A DNA stretch of 64,000 nucleotides, taken from assembly GCA_022821495.1 (NCBI GenBank), contig JAJEDN010000026.1:65561-129560 (forward strand), in the 5' to 3' direction. The translations under genes and the position numbers were made by a program. The stretch is from Candidatus Poribacteria bacterium (GTDB lineage Bacteria > Poribacteria > WGA-4E > WGA-3G). Under the pieces are notes generated by a model. The model saw only the letters and a program-made list of their open reading frames with translations. It was not told the DNA's origin and made no database searches. Of this stretch, positions 35,480-44,147 are shown piece by piece (within the stretch, counting starts at the first letter, position 1; every line of letters starts with the position of its first letter).

Positions 35480-35935
35480 TTAATAGGCTGCGGTTGATTC
35501 TTCAACCCAATTCGTGATATCCGTATCCAACTCGGTGCCCCCAACCTTACCATCTTTACCCATCGAATAGAGATCATATTCGTAACCGTAATGGGTCCCC
35601 GGATGGCGGTAGACGTATGGATTCCCCCACGGGTCTACAAAATTCGGGCTGTCGATATACGGACCATCCCAGTTCGCTGGTGCAGGACTCGGGGCACGCC
35701 ACAAGGCGTTTAATCCTTGTTCGGTTGTCGGATATTCGCCCGTTGCTAAATTATATTGTTCTAATGCGGTTTTCAGACCGCCAATCTCTGTTTGAGCCTT
35801 CGCAACATTTGCTTTTTGCGGCGCATTCATGACCCGTGGCGCGATAAAGGCCGCTAAAATCCCCAAAATAACAATAACAATCGTCAGTTCAATTAGCGTT
35901 AATCCGGATTCATCGGATTTTAGTTGCTTGAACAT
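35480..35935 (-). CDS. gspG: T2SS major pseudopilin GspG
   Basis: ESG/LTLIELTIVIVILGILAAFIAPR, KAQTEIGGLKTALEQY, DPWGNPYVYRHPG: canonical GspG. Confidence 0.9.
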   Translation of the reverse strand: MFKQLKSDESGLTLIELTIVIVILGILAAFIAPRVMNAPQKANVAKAQTEIGGLKTALEQYNLATGEYPTTEQGLNALWRAPSPAPANWDGPYIDSPNFVDPWGNPYVYRHPGTHYGYEYDLYSMGKDGKVGGTELDTDITNWVEESTAAY

Positions 35936-35997
35936 TTAAGTTTACTCCTATGTTATTCTATAAAATCGTGAGACGTGTTTTGCACCTAATATACAGA

Positions 35998-37230
35998 TTA
36001 GCCGCTTAGTAATTGATTCGCCTCAAAGATCGGAAGAATCATCGCGACTGCGATAAAACCGATAATCACTCCCATCAGTAGAATGACAAGAGGGCCGATC
36101 GAGCTTGTTAGGCGTTCGAGGCTCTTTTTTATTTCGACATCATAGTATTCTGAAAGTTTACCGAGCATGTGGACAGGTTCACCTGACTCCTCGCCAACAG
36201 CCACCATGTGCGTGACAAACTCAGGAAAATCCTTACTTTTACTCAGTTCGCGAGAGAGCGTAGAACCTTGCTCAACTTCGACTTCCGCTTCGGCGATCAC
36301 GTTGCTGTATACTTTGTTGCCTATTGTATCTTTGACGACCTTGAGGGCAGGCAGCATCCGTACGCCATTTTCCAAAAGTGTTGCCATCGTTCGCGTAAAA
36401 CGGACAATCGCAAACGTGCTGATTATTGGTCCGATAAGTGGTATTTTGAGTTTCAACCGGTCAAACCAGACTTTGCCTGCTTCGAGCCGGAGATATTGCC
36501 TTAGCCCAGCCACACCTAAGATGATGACGAGGAGTCCCACCCACCAGTAGGTTTGGAAGGCATCGGTTGCACCAATGAGGATGCGTGTTGGCATCGGCAA
36601 TGCGACCCCGAGGTCATTGAACATCGCCGTGAACTTTGGTATTACAAGAATCATGAGTACCGCTACAGCTGAAACGCTGAGCGTCAACAGAATAATAGGA
36701 TAAAAAAGTGCTGAGATAACATCGTTTTTGAGGAGTCTTTGGCGTTCTGCAAATTCGGCAAGCCGTTCGAGGACTAAACCGAGTACACCGCCACTCTCTC
36801 CCGCTTTTACCATATTAATGTAGAGGTCGGAAAATGCCTTTGGGTGCTGTGTCAGTGCATCGTTAAAAGTCGCGCCGTGTTCAACATCGTATTTGACTTG
36901 TGAGACGATGCGGTTGAGTGCCGGATTCTGGATCTGACCGAGCGTAACTTCTAAGGCTCGAGGGAGTGGAACGTGAGCATTCACCAAGGTCGCCAATTGA
37001 TACGTGAAGAACTCAACGTCCGCCGCTTTAACGCCGCCACCGCCGATTTTCAGCCATTTGCGGACATCGTTTGATCCGTCTGCCTCCGTCTCCTCAACAA
37101 TGTCCGTGGGCCAATAACCCATTTGCCGTAACCGAGAGATGAGTTCGGCTTTAGAGTCTGCTTCCAGTGTGTTTTTTACACTACCGCCACTATGCGTGAG
37201 TGCTTCATATCGGAATAACGGCACAATCAA
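35998..37230 (-). CDS. gspF: T2SS inner-membrane platform protein GspF
   Basis: Two GspF repeats with three TM segments (FTYQLATLVNAHVPLPRALE ... FTRTMATLLENGVRMLPAL). Non-ATG start (TTG 37230, or GTG 37224). Confidence 0.9.
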   Translation of the reverse strand: MIVPLFRYEALTHSGGSVKNTLEADSKAELISRLRQMGYWPTDIVEETEADGSNDVRKWLKIGGGGVKAADVEFFTYQLATLVNAHVPLPRALEVTLGQIQNPALNRIVSQVKYDVEHGATFNDALTQHPKAFSDLYINMVKAGESGGVLGLVLERLAEFAERQRLLKNDVISALFYPIILLTLSVSAVAVLMILVIPKFTAMFNDLGVALPMPTRILIGATDAFQTYWWVGLLVIILGVAGLRQYLRLEAGKVWFDRLKLKIPLIGPIISTFAIVRFTRTMATLLENGVRMLPALKVVKDTIGNKVYSNVIAEAEVEVEQGSTLSRELSKSKDFPEFVTHMVAVGEESGEPVHMLGKLSEYYDVEIKKSLERLTSSIGPLVILLMGVIIGFIAVAMILPIFEANQLLSG

Positions 37231-37362
37231 CCCCCGTTACAATATAGAACCATAGGTATAGACTAAAAGCGCTTTAGACTGCCCCACATCGTAGTCAGTT
37301 TCGTCTTGGGGTTTACCGACAAACCACCCCTGTTCGGGATACTGTTGCCGGTGATCACTACA

Positions 37363-39132
37363 TTAAACAACTTCTCCGAAATCAAATTCATCTTCTTGCG
37401 TCAATCGCATGACTTCGTCAACTGTTGTAAATCCGGCAGTAACTTTGCGCCACCCGTCTTCGCGTAAACCTTTCATGCCTAATTGTACTGCCAGACGACG
37501 AATTTCATTGGTCGATGCCTGTTCAAGTGCCTTTGAACGAATCTCGTCAGACATCAGCAAAACTTCAAAGATGCCAATCCTACCTTTGTAACCTCTGCCT
37601 CGGCACTCTTTACATCCCACTGCCCGCGGAATCTCAAGATCGGTCGGAATATCGACATGATTGCCATTACCGTTTCCTATCAGTCCTACCAATTCTTGCG
37701 TATCAGGTGTATACATCTCGCAACACGCCTTACAAACACGGCGAGCAAGTCTCTGGGCGATGATACCTTCCACCGTAGAGGCAACCAGATACGGTTCAAC
37801 ATTCATATCAATCAGTCGCGTGATAGCCCCCGGAGCATCGTTTGTATGAAGTGTGCTAAACACAAGGTGACCCGTTAGTGAGGTGTGAACCGCCATCTCT
37901 GCCGTCTCGTAGTCACGAATCTCACCTACCAAGACTTTATCTGGATCCTGACGCAGGATATGGCGGAGCCCAATCGCAAAAGTGAAATCAATGTCCGGAT
38001 TGACTTGGATTTGGTTGATACCTTCTAACTCATATTCAACTGGATCTTCAAGGGTAATGATTTTAACGTTAGGCGAGTTAATTTCTTTCAAACAGGCGTA
38101 GAGGGATGTCGTCTTTCCGCTACCCGTTGGCCCCGTCGCAAGGATAATACCGTGCGGTTTACGAATCATGCGCTCAAAAAGTTCAAGGTTATCTTCGGTT
38201 AATCCGAGCTCTGCAAGCCCAAAGTCAATAGATTGCCGATCAAGGATACGGAGAACAACGCTTTCGCCATGCAGCGTCGCAACAGTCGGGACAGTAGAAA
38301 CCCGAAGATCTATTTGCCTGTTTCCCACACTTCCTATTTGCCTGCTGATTTTTCCGTCCTGCGGACGTCTACGCTCGGCAACATCCATACCCGCCATAAT
38401 CTTGATACGGGACGTGATCGCGGATTGCAAATAGGCAGGTGGCTGCGGTTGATCCTCTAATACACCGTCAACACGAAACCGGATCTTAAGCTGCGTTGGG
38501 TAAGGTTCAATATGGATATCACTTGCCCCCATCCGAACCGCATCAATAATCATCTGGTCAACGGCGTGGATCACTGTCGGATCTTGACTGAGGTCCTTCT
38601 CATCAATCCCGAAGTCATCAATGGTTTCACGTTCAAAGGTCTCAGTTGCTCCGACAGGTCCCTTGATACCAGCACTGAGAAGGCTCTCAGCAGTGCGCCC
38701 ATAGAGACGGATAATCGCTTCGTCAATGTCTGCTTCATCCGCAAGGACTGGGAGCACCCGGCAATTTGTGATGAGTTCAATCTCGTCAATAAGAACGACA
38801 TCTAAGGCATCCGCCATTGCTACGGTGAGCTCATCGTTGTTTAATTCAATGGGAACAATTTTGCTACGATATGCGAACCCTGGGGATATTTTTTCAAGTG
38901 TGTCGCCTTCAGGATTAATCCCCTCCAATTGGACAACAGGGGTTCCAGACGCTACACTCTTCGTAGCAAGCGCAAGAAGGTTGGACGGCACGCCATGCTT
39001 GGAAAGCACAGCCGCTTCGGAGGCATCAGTTTCTTTTAATTCTGCGACGATATCTGTATAGACTTGCTCCGAGATGAGAGATGCCTGGCGCATCACCTCA
39101 ACAACCGAAGCTGTATTCTGTATCTGTTGCAT
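37363..39132 (-). CDS. gspE: T2SS ATPase GspE
   Basis: Walker A GPTGSGKTTSLYA. Asp and His boxes (VGEIRDYETAEMAV, TGHLVFSTLHTNDA). Tetracysteine CKACC...CKECRGRGYKGRIGIFE. Confidence 0.92.
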   Translation of the reverse strand: MQQIQNTASVVEVMRQASLISEQVYTDIVAELKETDASEAAVLSKHGVPSNLLALATKSVASGTPVVQLEGINPEGDTLEKISPGFAYRSKIVPIELNNDELTVAMADALDVVLIDEIELITNCRVLPVLADEADIDEAIIRLYGRTAESLLSAGIKGPVGATETFERETIDDFGIDEKDLSQDPTVIHAVDQMIIDAVRMGASDIHIEPYPTQLKIRFRVDGVLEDQPQPPAYLQSAITSRIKIMAGMDVAERRRPQDGKISRQIGSVGNRQIDLRVSTVPTVATLHGESVVLRILDRQSIDFGLAELGLTEDNLELFERMIRKPHGIILATGPTGSGKTTSLYACLKEINSPNVKIITLEDPVEYELEGINQIQVNPDIDFTFAIGLRHILRQDPDKVLVGEIRDYETAEMAVHTSLTGHLVFSTLHTNDAPGAITRLIDMNVEPYLVASTVEGIIAQRLARRVCKACCEMYTPDTQELVGLIGNGNGNHVDIPTDLEIPRAVGCKECRGRGYKGRIGIFEVLLMSDEIRSKALEQASTNEIRRLAVQLGMKGLREDGWRKVTAGFTTVDEVMRLTQEDEFDFGEVV

Positions 39133-39312
39133 AGTGTAATTGCTCTTGTGTCGGCGGAGGTTGGGTCCCCGCGCAAGCCGTACATTTTGTGGTGTCTTTT
39201 CGATAATTTGTTTTGTATTTTCTCTTTATCGCTAATTAAGACGCATCAACTACAAATAAGTTTAACAAATTACCTAAACAATTTAGGTCGCATATCCTCT
39301 CCTAAACATTTG

Positions 39313-39341
39313 AGGATATACTACTGTAAAATACTTGTTAA
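39313..39341 (-). promoter_or_regulatory. Candidate promoter of the T2SS operon
   Basis: Minus strand reads TTAACA-17 nt-TATCCT, about 175 nt upstream of the gspE ATG. Overlapped and followed by paired CCTAAACA(A)TTT motifs. Confidence 0.3.
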
Positions 39342-39423
39342 TAGTATTAGACGCGTAAAAACTTATGCTTCGACAAATGGGCGTAAAAATTGGTGCTCAC
39401 TTCTACAACATCTACGCCATACG

Positions 39424-39648
39424 TTATTTTGCTGCCTTAATCCGTCGAATCGCCTTTTGTGCGGCACTACGAACGTTTTTAGAACTGTCCTCGAGGGCAT
39501 GTATCAATGCTGCGAACGTCTCAGGGAAAGCCGCTCGTATGTCTGACAACTCAACTATCACGTTTGTTCGGACTTTTGTTGAATCGTCATCCATACTCAG
39601 AATTAAAGCATCGCGGATGGTGTCAGTCCCTTGTCCTTTTTTTGCCAT
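39424..39648 (-). CDS. Small HEAT-repeat protein
   Basis: Two HEAT-like units (DDDSTKVRTNVIVELSDI, LEDSSKNVRSAAQKAIRRI). No clear SD sequence. Confidence 0.45.
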   Translation of the reverse strand: MAKKGQGTDTIRDALILSMDDDSTKVRTNVIVELSDIRAAFPETFAALIHALEDSSKNVRSAAQKAIRRIKAAK

Positions 39649-39733
39649 CGCTGAGTGTTTACAGTCTGTATAAGTTGTTTCTGAATTAACATCGTTACCT
39701 CCTTGATTGGTTAAACTATAAGGCTAAAGTCTG

Positions 39734-41389
39734 CTAATTTTCCATAGACCAAACATAGAACGGAACAAGTTTCGCGATGACTTCAAGTGGTGTATCTTCT
39801 ACTGATAGTACGACTTCAAGCGATACCTCACTATCTTCTACCGAAATCCATGCCAGCAAGGGTGCTGTTTCTTCGGAACTGACAAGGACTTTGTCAGCAG
39901 GTGGTGTTCCTTCCCCCGCTGCCTCTAAAACTCGTGCTAAATTCAGGTGGGCAAATACTATCGGGTTTTCCGGGACTTGCTTCAAATAAGCGGGGCGCTT
40001 TTTCTCTTTTATTGCATCTACGAGGGCGTGCATCTGCTCTTCTGAAAAACTCAAAAGAAACTGACCGTCTACCTCACTATAATAGATGTTTGTCGCGAAC
40101 TCCGACAGCGTTGCTTTATTATAAACCGTTTGAGAAACAGAAATATTTTGTAGGTTAGATAGACTATTCGTGAATTGATTCCATTTCAGCAGATGCTTAG
40201 GCTTGAAGATTAAACCGCCGTGTGTTTCTACAGCGGCAGCATCTATTGTAAACGAATTATCAGCGTTAATCTCGAGCGCCTCAAAGGTTGTGAGATCAAA
40301 TTGAGATAAGTCAGCGACCGACAAAGCAAGTTCTCCTGTTAATGCTGTCATCACATCATCTTCCAGATCGAGGTTCAAAAGCCCTTCTACATAAGAGATG
40401 CCTTCGATGAGGTCATCTGTCAGATTTTTCTCCATCTCGGAGCGAACGATTTTCCAGATGCCTTTCATGACATTCGGGGCTACGGCTACAAACATATCCT
40501 CTTTACCGGACAACGCGTTTAAAATTTCGAGTTTCTTACCTTTCTCCAAAAACATACTGATCTCGTTTTCTGAAAAATCTGGGGCATCAGGATTGAATCG
40601 CGCAGCCATTTGATAGAGAGGACCGGGCTCCATCAAATTAAGCCGGACACATACAGATTGAAAGATAGGAAACCGTGTCCGTCTCCACTCATCTAAATTG
40701 TCTATTTCTACCAAGGAGAGTGCGTGTTCCATGTCAGCAAACATGAACGCTTCTCCTGATCCCATTTTCTTTTGCATCCCGCCAAATACCTCGTTATCCG
40801 CGATAGATGGCGCGTCTTTCCGGTAGGTATCCATCAATTTCTCGAAAGCCCCTTCACCTACACCAACCACGAGAAACTCACCGGCAAATCCATACTTAGC
40901 AATATTCTGATCCATTTCCAGCGCATTGTAGCGAACCCGCTGGTACACACCCGCATCCAAGCGTAAGGTCGTTGTGCCGCTCAAGCCTATAGCACCCTCA
41001 GCAATTTTGGTGAACCGTTGGAGTTCGCTGAGATTCCCACCTGAATGGGCAACGAATCCAACTTGTACAGCCCGTGTTTCGTCTAACCAAACGGCTAATG
41101 CTGTCTGATACCCAATTGTTCCAAGGACGCTTAGCAGATCCGTACTCAGAAAAGCCTCTGCCATCGTGATCGCGTTCCGTATTTCCTTTGATTCATCTGG
41201 CAATAAGGCAAGTGCTTTCTGCCAAGTTTCGGAAGTCTCAATTTCGTTGTAGACCTCGTCTATATGCTGGAGTTGTACATACAGAACACTCTCCTTTGGC
41301 ATGAAGTCTTCCACCTTCGCGGCATTCGCTGCAAAAGCAATACCGATAAGCGAAAGAACAAAAATGGTTGTTTTCAATGTGTTTCTCAT
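39734..41389 (-). CDS. Secreted hypothetical protein
   Basis: Long ORF with signal peptide MRNTLKTTIFVLSLIGIAFAANA (start at Met28, ATG 41389, 40 nt after the upstream stop). Family not recognised. Confidence 0.55.
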   Translation of the reverse strand: MRNTLKTTIFVLSLIGIAFAANAAKVEDFMPKESVLYVQLQHIDEVYNEIETSETWQKALALLPDESKEIRNAITMAEAFLSTDLLSVLGTIGYQTALAVWLDETRAVQVGFVAHSGGNLSELQRFTKIAEGAIGLSGTTTLRLDAGVYQRVRYNALEMDQNIAKYGFAGEFLVVGVGEGAFEKLMDTYRKDAPSIADNEVFGGMQKKMGSGEAFMFADMEHALSLVEIDNLDEWRRTRFPIFQSVCVRLNLMEPGPLYQMAARFNPDAPDFSENEISMFLEKGKKLEILNALSGKEDMFVAVAPNVMKGIWKIVRSEMEKNLTDDLIEGISYVEGLLNLDLEDDVMTALTGELALSVADLSQFDLTTFEALEINADNSFTIDAAAVETHGGLIFKPKHLLKWNQFTNSLSNLQNISVSQTVYNKATLSEFATNIYYSEVDGQFLLSFSEEQMHALVDAIKEKKRPAYLKQVPENPIVFAHLNLARVLEAAGEGTPPADKVLVSSEETAPLLAWISVEDSEVSLEVVLSVEDTPLEVIAKLVPFYVWSMEN

Positions 41390-41429
41390 GAGATACCTCG
41401 TATGTACGCACCCAAAGTACGTCTTCTCT

Positions 41430-43127
41430 CTACGGAACTCTAATATCCTCAACGAGTGCCTGCACCTCATCAGGTGGCGGTGGGGTCAAGGCTGACACAC
41501 TGATCGAGACAATAAAGTTTAGCACCATGCCGAGTGTTCCGATCCCTTCAGGTGAAATGCCCCATAACCAGTGTTCTGATGTATTAAGTTCCGGACTAAT
41601 AAATTTGAAGTAGATAATATATGCCGCAGTAAAGGTGATACCGACAATCATACCGCTGACTGCCCCGGCTTTGTTCATCCGTTTGGAGAAGATGCCCATG
41701 ACAATCGCCGGGAAAAAAGAGCTCGCCGCAAGCCCGAAGGCAAATGCAACGACTTGCCCCACAAATCCGGGTGGATTAATGCCGAAATATCCCGCGATAC
41801 AGACGGCTACACCGGCTGCAATGCGCGCAGCGGCTAACTCCTGTTTCTCGGACAATCCCGGTGCGATGCTACCTTTGAGCAAGTCATGCGCGACCGCTGT
41901 AGAAATTACCAATAGCAACCCTGCAGCTGTTGACAACGCAGCAGCCAATCCGCCAGCAGCCACTAATCCGACAACCCAATTCGGGAGTTTCGCAATCTCA
42001 GGGTTCGCTAATACCATGATGTCCGGATCAATTTCGAGTTCATTTTGTATCTCTGATTTCGGACCTCGATACTGTATCTTTCCATCGCTATTCAAATCAT
42101 CGAATTCAATCAGCCCTGTTGCCTCCCAATTCTTAAACCACTCCGGTACATCCTCATATCTGACATCTGTTAACTCACCATTCTGTTCATACCTGACGGT
42201 TTTGAGCAGATTTGTCCGAGCAAACACAGCGACTGCTGGTGCTGTGGTATAGAGAATCGCGATGAACAAGAGTGCCCATCCAGCAGAAATACGTGCTTCA
42301 GAAGCTTTTCGGACAGTATAGAATCGGATAATCACATGCGGAAGTCCGGCTGTTCCTAACATCAATGCCGCTGTGATGAAAAAGACATCAATGGTGCTTT
42401 TACTTCCGTCCGTATATAAGTTAAATCCCAGTTCTTCACTCAAGCCGTTAAGTCGATCCAGAAGATATAACCCTGAGCCATCTGCCACTTTTCCCATCAA
42501 TCCGAGTTGTGGGATAGCGTTGCCTGTAATCAGGATAGAGATAAAAATAGCAGGCACGAGGAACGCAAAAATCAGTACACAGTATTGTGCAACCTGTGTG
42601 TAGGTAATGCCCTTCATACCGCCAAGCACGGCGTAAAAGAACACAATCCCCATCCCGATAAGTACACCCGTCTCAACATTGACGCTCAGAAACCGGGAAA
42701 AGACAATACCGACGCCGCGCATCTGTCCCGCCACGTAAGTAAAGGAGACAAAAATTGCACACACCACGGCGACAACCCGAGCCAGTTGCGAGTAATATCG
42801 GTCCCCTACGAAATCGGGGACAGTATACTTCCCGAATTTGCGGAGATAGGGTGCCAACAACAACGCCAGCAGGACGTAACCACCTGTCCAACCGAGCAGA
42901 TAAACGGAACCGTCGCGCCCCATAAACGATATAAGTCCCGCCATTGAGATAAAAGAGGCGGCACTCATCCAGTCTGCTGCTGTCGCCATACCATTGACGA
43001 CGGGATGTACGTTGCTCCCAGCAACATAGAAATCCCCTGTAGAACGTGCCTTCGACCAGAGCGCGACGCCGATATACAACGCGAAGGAGAGTGCCACCAT
43101 CACAAATGTCCATGCTTGTACGCTCAT
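41430..43127 (-). CDS. Sodium:solute symporter (SSS family, ActP/VC_2705-like large subunit)
   Basis: About 13 TM helices. SSS-type motifs (GDFYVAGS, MSAASFISMAGL). Start overlaps the DUF4212 gene stop by 4 nt. Confidence 0.85.
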   Translation of the reverse strand: MSVQAWTFVMVALSFALYIGVALWSKARSTGDFYVAGSNVHPVVNGMATAADWMSAASFISMAGLISFMGRDGSVYLLGWTGGYVLLALLLAPYLRKFGKYTVPDFVGDRYYSQLARVVAVVCAIFVSFTYVAGQMRGVGIVFSRFLSVNVETGVLIGMGIVFFYAVLGGMKGITYTQVAQYCVLIFAFLVPAIFISILITGNAIPQLGLMGKVADGSGLYLLDRLNGLSEELGFNLYTDGSKSTIDVFFITAALMLGTAGLPHVIIRFYTVRKASEARISAGWALLFIAILYTTAPAVAVFARTNLLKTVRYEQNGELTDVRYEDVPEWFKNWEATGLIEFDDLNSDGKIQYRGPKSEIQNELEIDPDIMVLANPEIAKLPNWVVGLVAAGGLAAALSTAAGLLLVISTAVAHDLLKGSIAPGLSEKQELAAARIAAGVAVCIAGYFGINPPGFVGQVVAFAFGLAASSFFPAIVMGIFSKRMNKAGAVSGMIVGITFTAAYIIYFKFISPELNTSEHWLWGISPEGIGTLGMVLNFIVSISVSALTPPPPDEVQALVEDIRVP

Positions 43128-43405
43128 GATTGTTCTGCCCCCTCTTCATCTTCGGGTTGTGCGTATTTCTTTTCCAAACGGTTCATCAACCACGCATAGA
43201 CGAAGATAAGCTCAACGAAAATCCAGATAGATGCCTGTTGTGAAAAATAGAAACCGAGCCGGTATCCCCAAAACTGAATCTTGTCGAGTTGTTCCACGAA
43301 CACAATTGAGCAGAGATACGACGTGACGAACCAAATCGCTAATAGGATAGCGAGGTATTGCAGATTCTTCCGCCAATACGCCTTATTTTTTTCCGATGTT
43401 TCCAT
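43124..43405 (-). CDS. DUF4212-type small membrane subunit of the solute:sodium symporter
   Basis: 93 aa with two TM helices. YWRKNLQYLAILLAIWF ... pattern. Translationally coupled to the SSS gene. Confidence 0.75.
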   Translation of the reverse strand: METSEKNKAYWRKNLQYLAILLAIWFVTSYLCSIVFVEQLDKIQFWGYRLGFYFSQQASIWIFVELIFVYAWLMNRLEKKYAQPEDEEGAEQS

Positions 43406-43489
43406 GAATGATCCTCCAGTATTATATATAAACTTTAAGAATGGCGTTTAGAAACCCACGTTAAACGGTATCAAAAAACGATGCCACTG

Positions 43490-44077
43490 TCAATAATTCT
43501 CTGGAAACATCAACCGCTCGACGTGTTCAATCAAAATGTGCAAGACTTTAATATGGATTTCCTGTATGCGGTCAGCTGTATTGCCTGGAGCAATCAGGCA
43601 TATATCACAGTGTTGCTTAAGATTTCCGCCATTACCGCCGAGCAGTCCAAACACCTGCATCCCACGTGATTTCGCTGTCGCTGCTGCACGGATAACATTC
43701 TCAGAATTTCCGCTGGTTGAAAGCACTACGAGCAGATCACCAGAGTGTCCGAGTGCCGAAAGTGGACGTGCGAAGATCTCAGCAAATCCAAAATCGTTTG
43801 CTGTGCAAGTGATATGTCCAGCATCGCTGAGTGGAATTGCTGGAAGGGGTCTCCGATCGTCCCGAAACTTTCCCGTGCATTCCTCAGCAAAATGGATGGC
43901 ATCGCACAAACTTCCGCCATTCCCACACGTGAAGATCCGACCTTGCCGTTCAAACACCTCACGCATCATCTCTGCTGTCTCCGCGATGGTTGCGATATTC
44001 TCAGGGTTTTGGATAAACCGATCAAGTACGTCCTGCGCTTCCAACAACGCATCGCGAATGCTATGCAAAATGTCCAT
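43490..44077 (-). CDS. gmhA: SIS-domain phosphoheptose isomerase (GmhA/DiaA family)
   Basis: RIFTCGNGGSLCDAIHFAEE, DLLVVLSTSGNSENV, HIKVLHILIE. ATG 44077 is preferred over the TTG start at 44104 used in the track. Confidence 0.8.
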   Translation of the reverse strand: MDILHSIRDALLEAQDVLDRFIQNPENIATIAETAEMMREVFERQGRIFTCGNGGSLCDAIHFAEECTGKFRDDRRPLPAIPLSDAGHITCTANDFGFAEIFARPLSALGHSGDLLVVLSTSGNSENVIRAAATAKSRGMQVFGLLGGNGGNLKQHCDICLIAPGNTADRIQEIHIKVLHILIEHVERLMFPENY

Positions 44078-44147
44078 TATATTTTCTCTTTTTATTTTTT
44101 TCAAACAGTGCTTCTATTAACAAATGGTGTTGTTCTCACCAATATCA

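Noticed and set aside
25328-39132. Interpreting the cluster as a type IV pilus (pilB/C/M/N/O/Q) locus
   Set aside because: The major pilin-like protein is a textbook GspG (DPWGNPY motif). It is followed by the GspH-I-J-K minor pseudopilin set, and no PilT-like retraction ATPase is present. The PilM/N-like component is noted as an atypical feature rather than as evidence for T4P.
39064-39546. A 160-aa plus-strand ORF spanning the gspE upstream region
   Set aside because: It overlaps the gspE start and the HEAT-repeat gene on the opposite strand. It has no RBS and its composition is low-complexity and AT-driven. The region is better explained as the T2SS promoter and leader.
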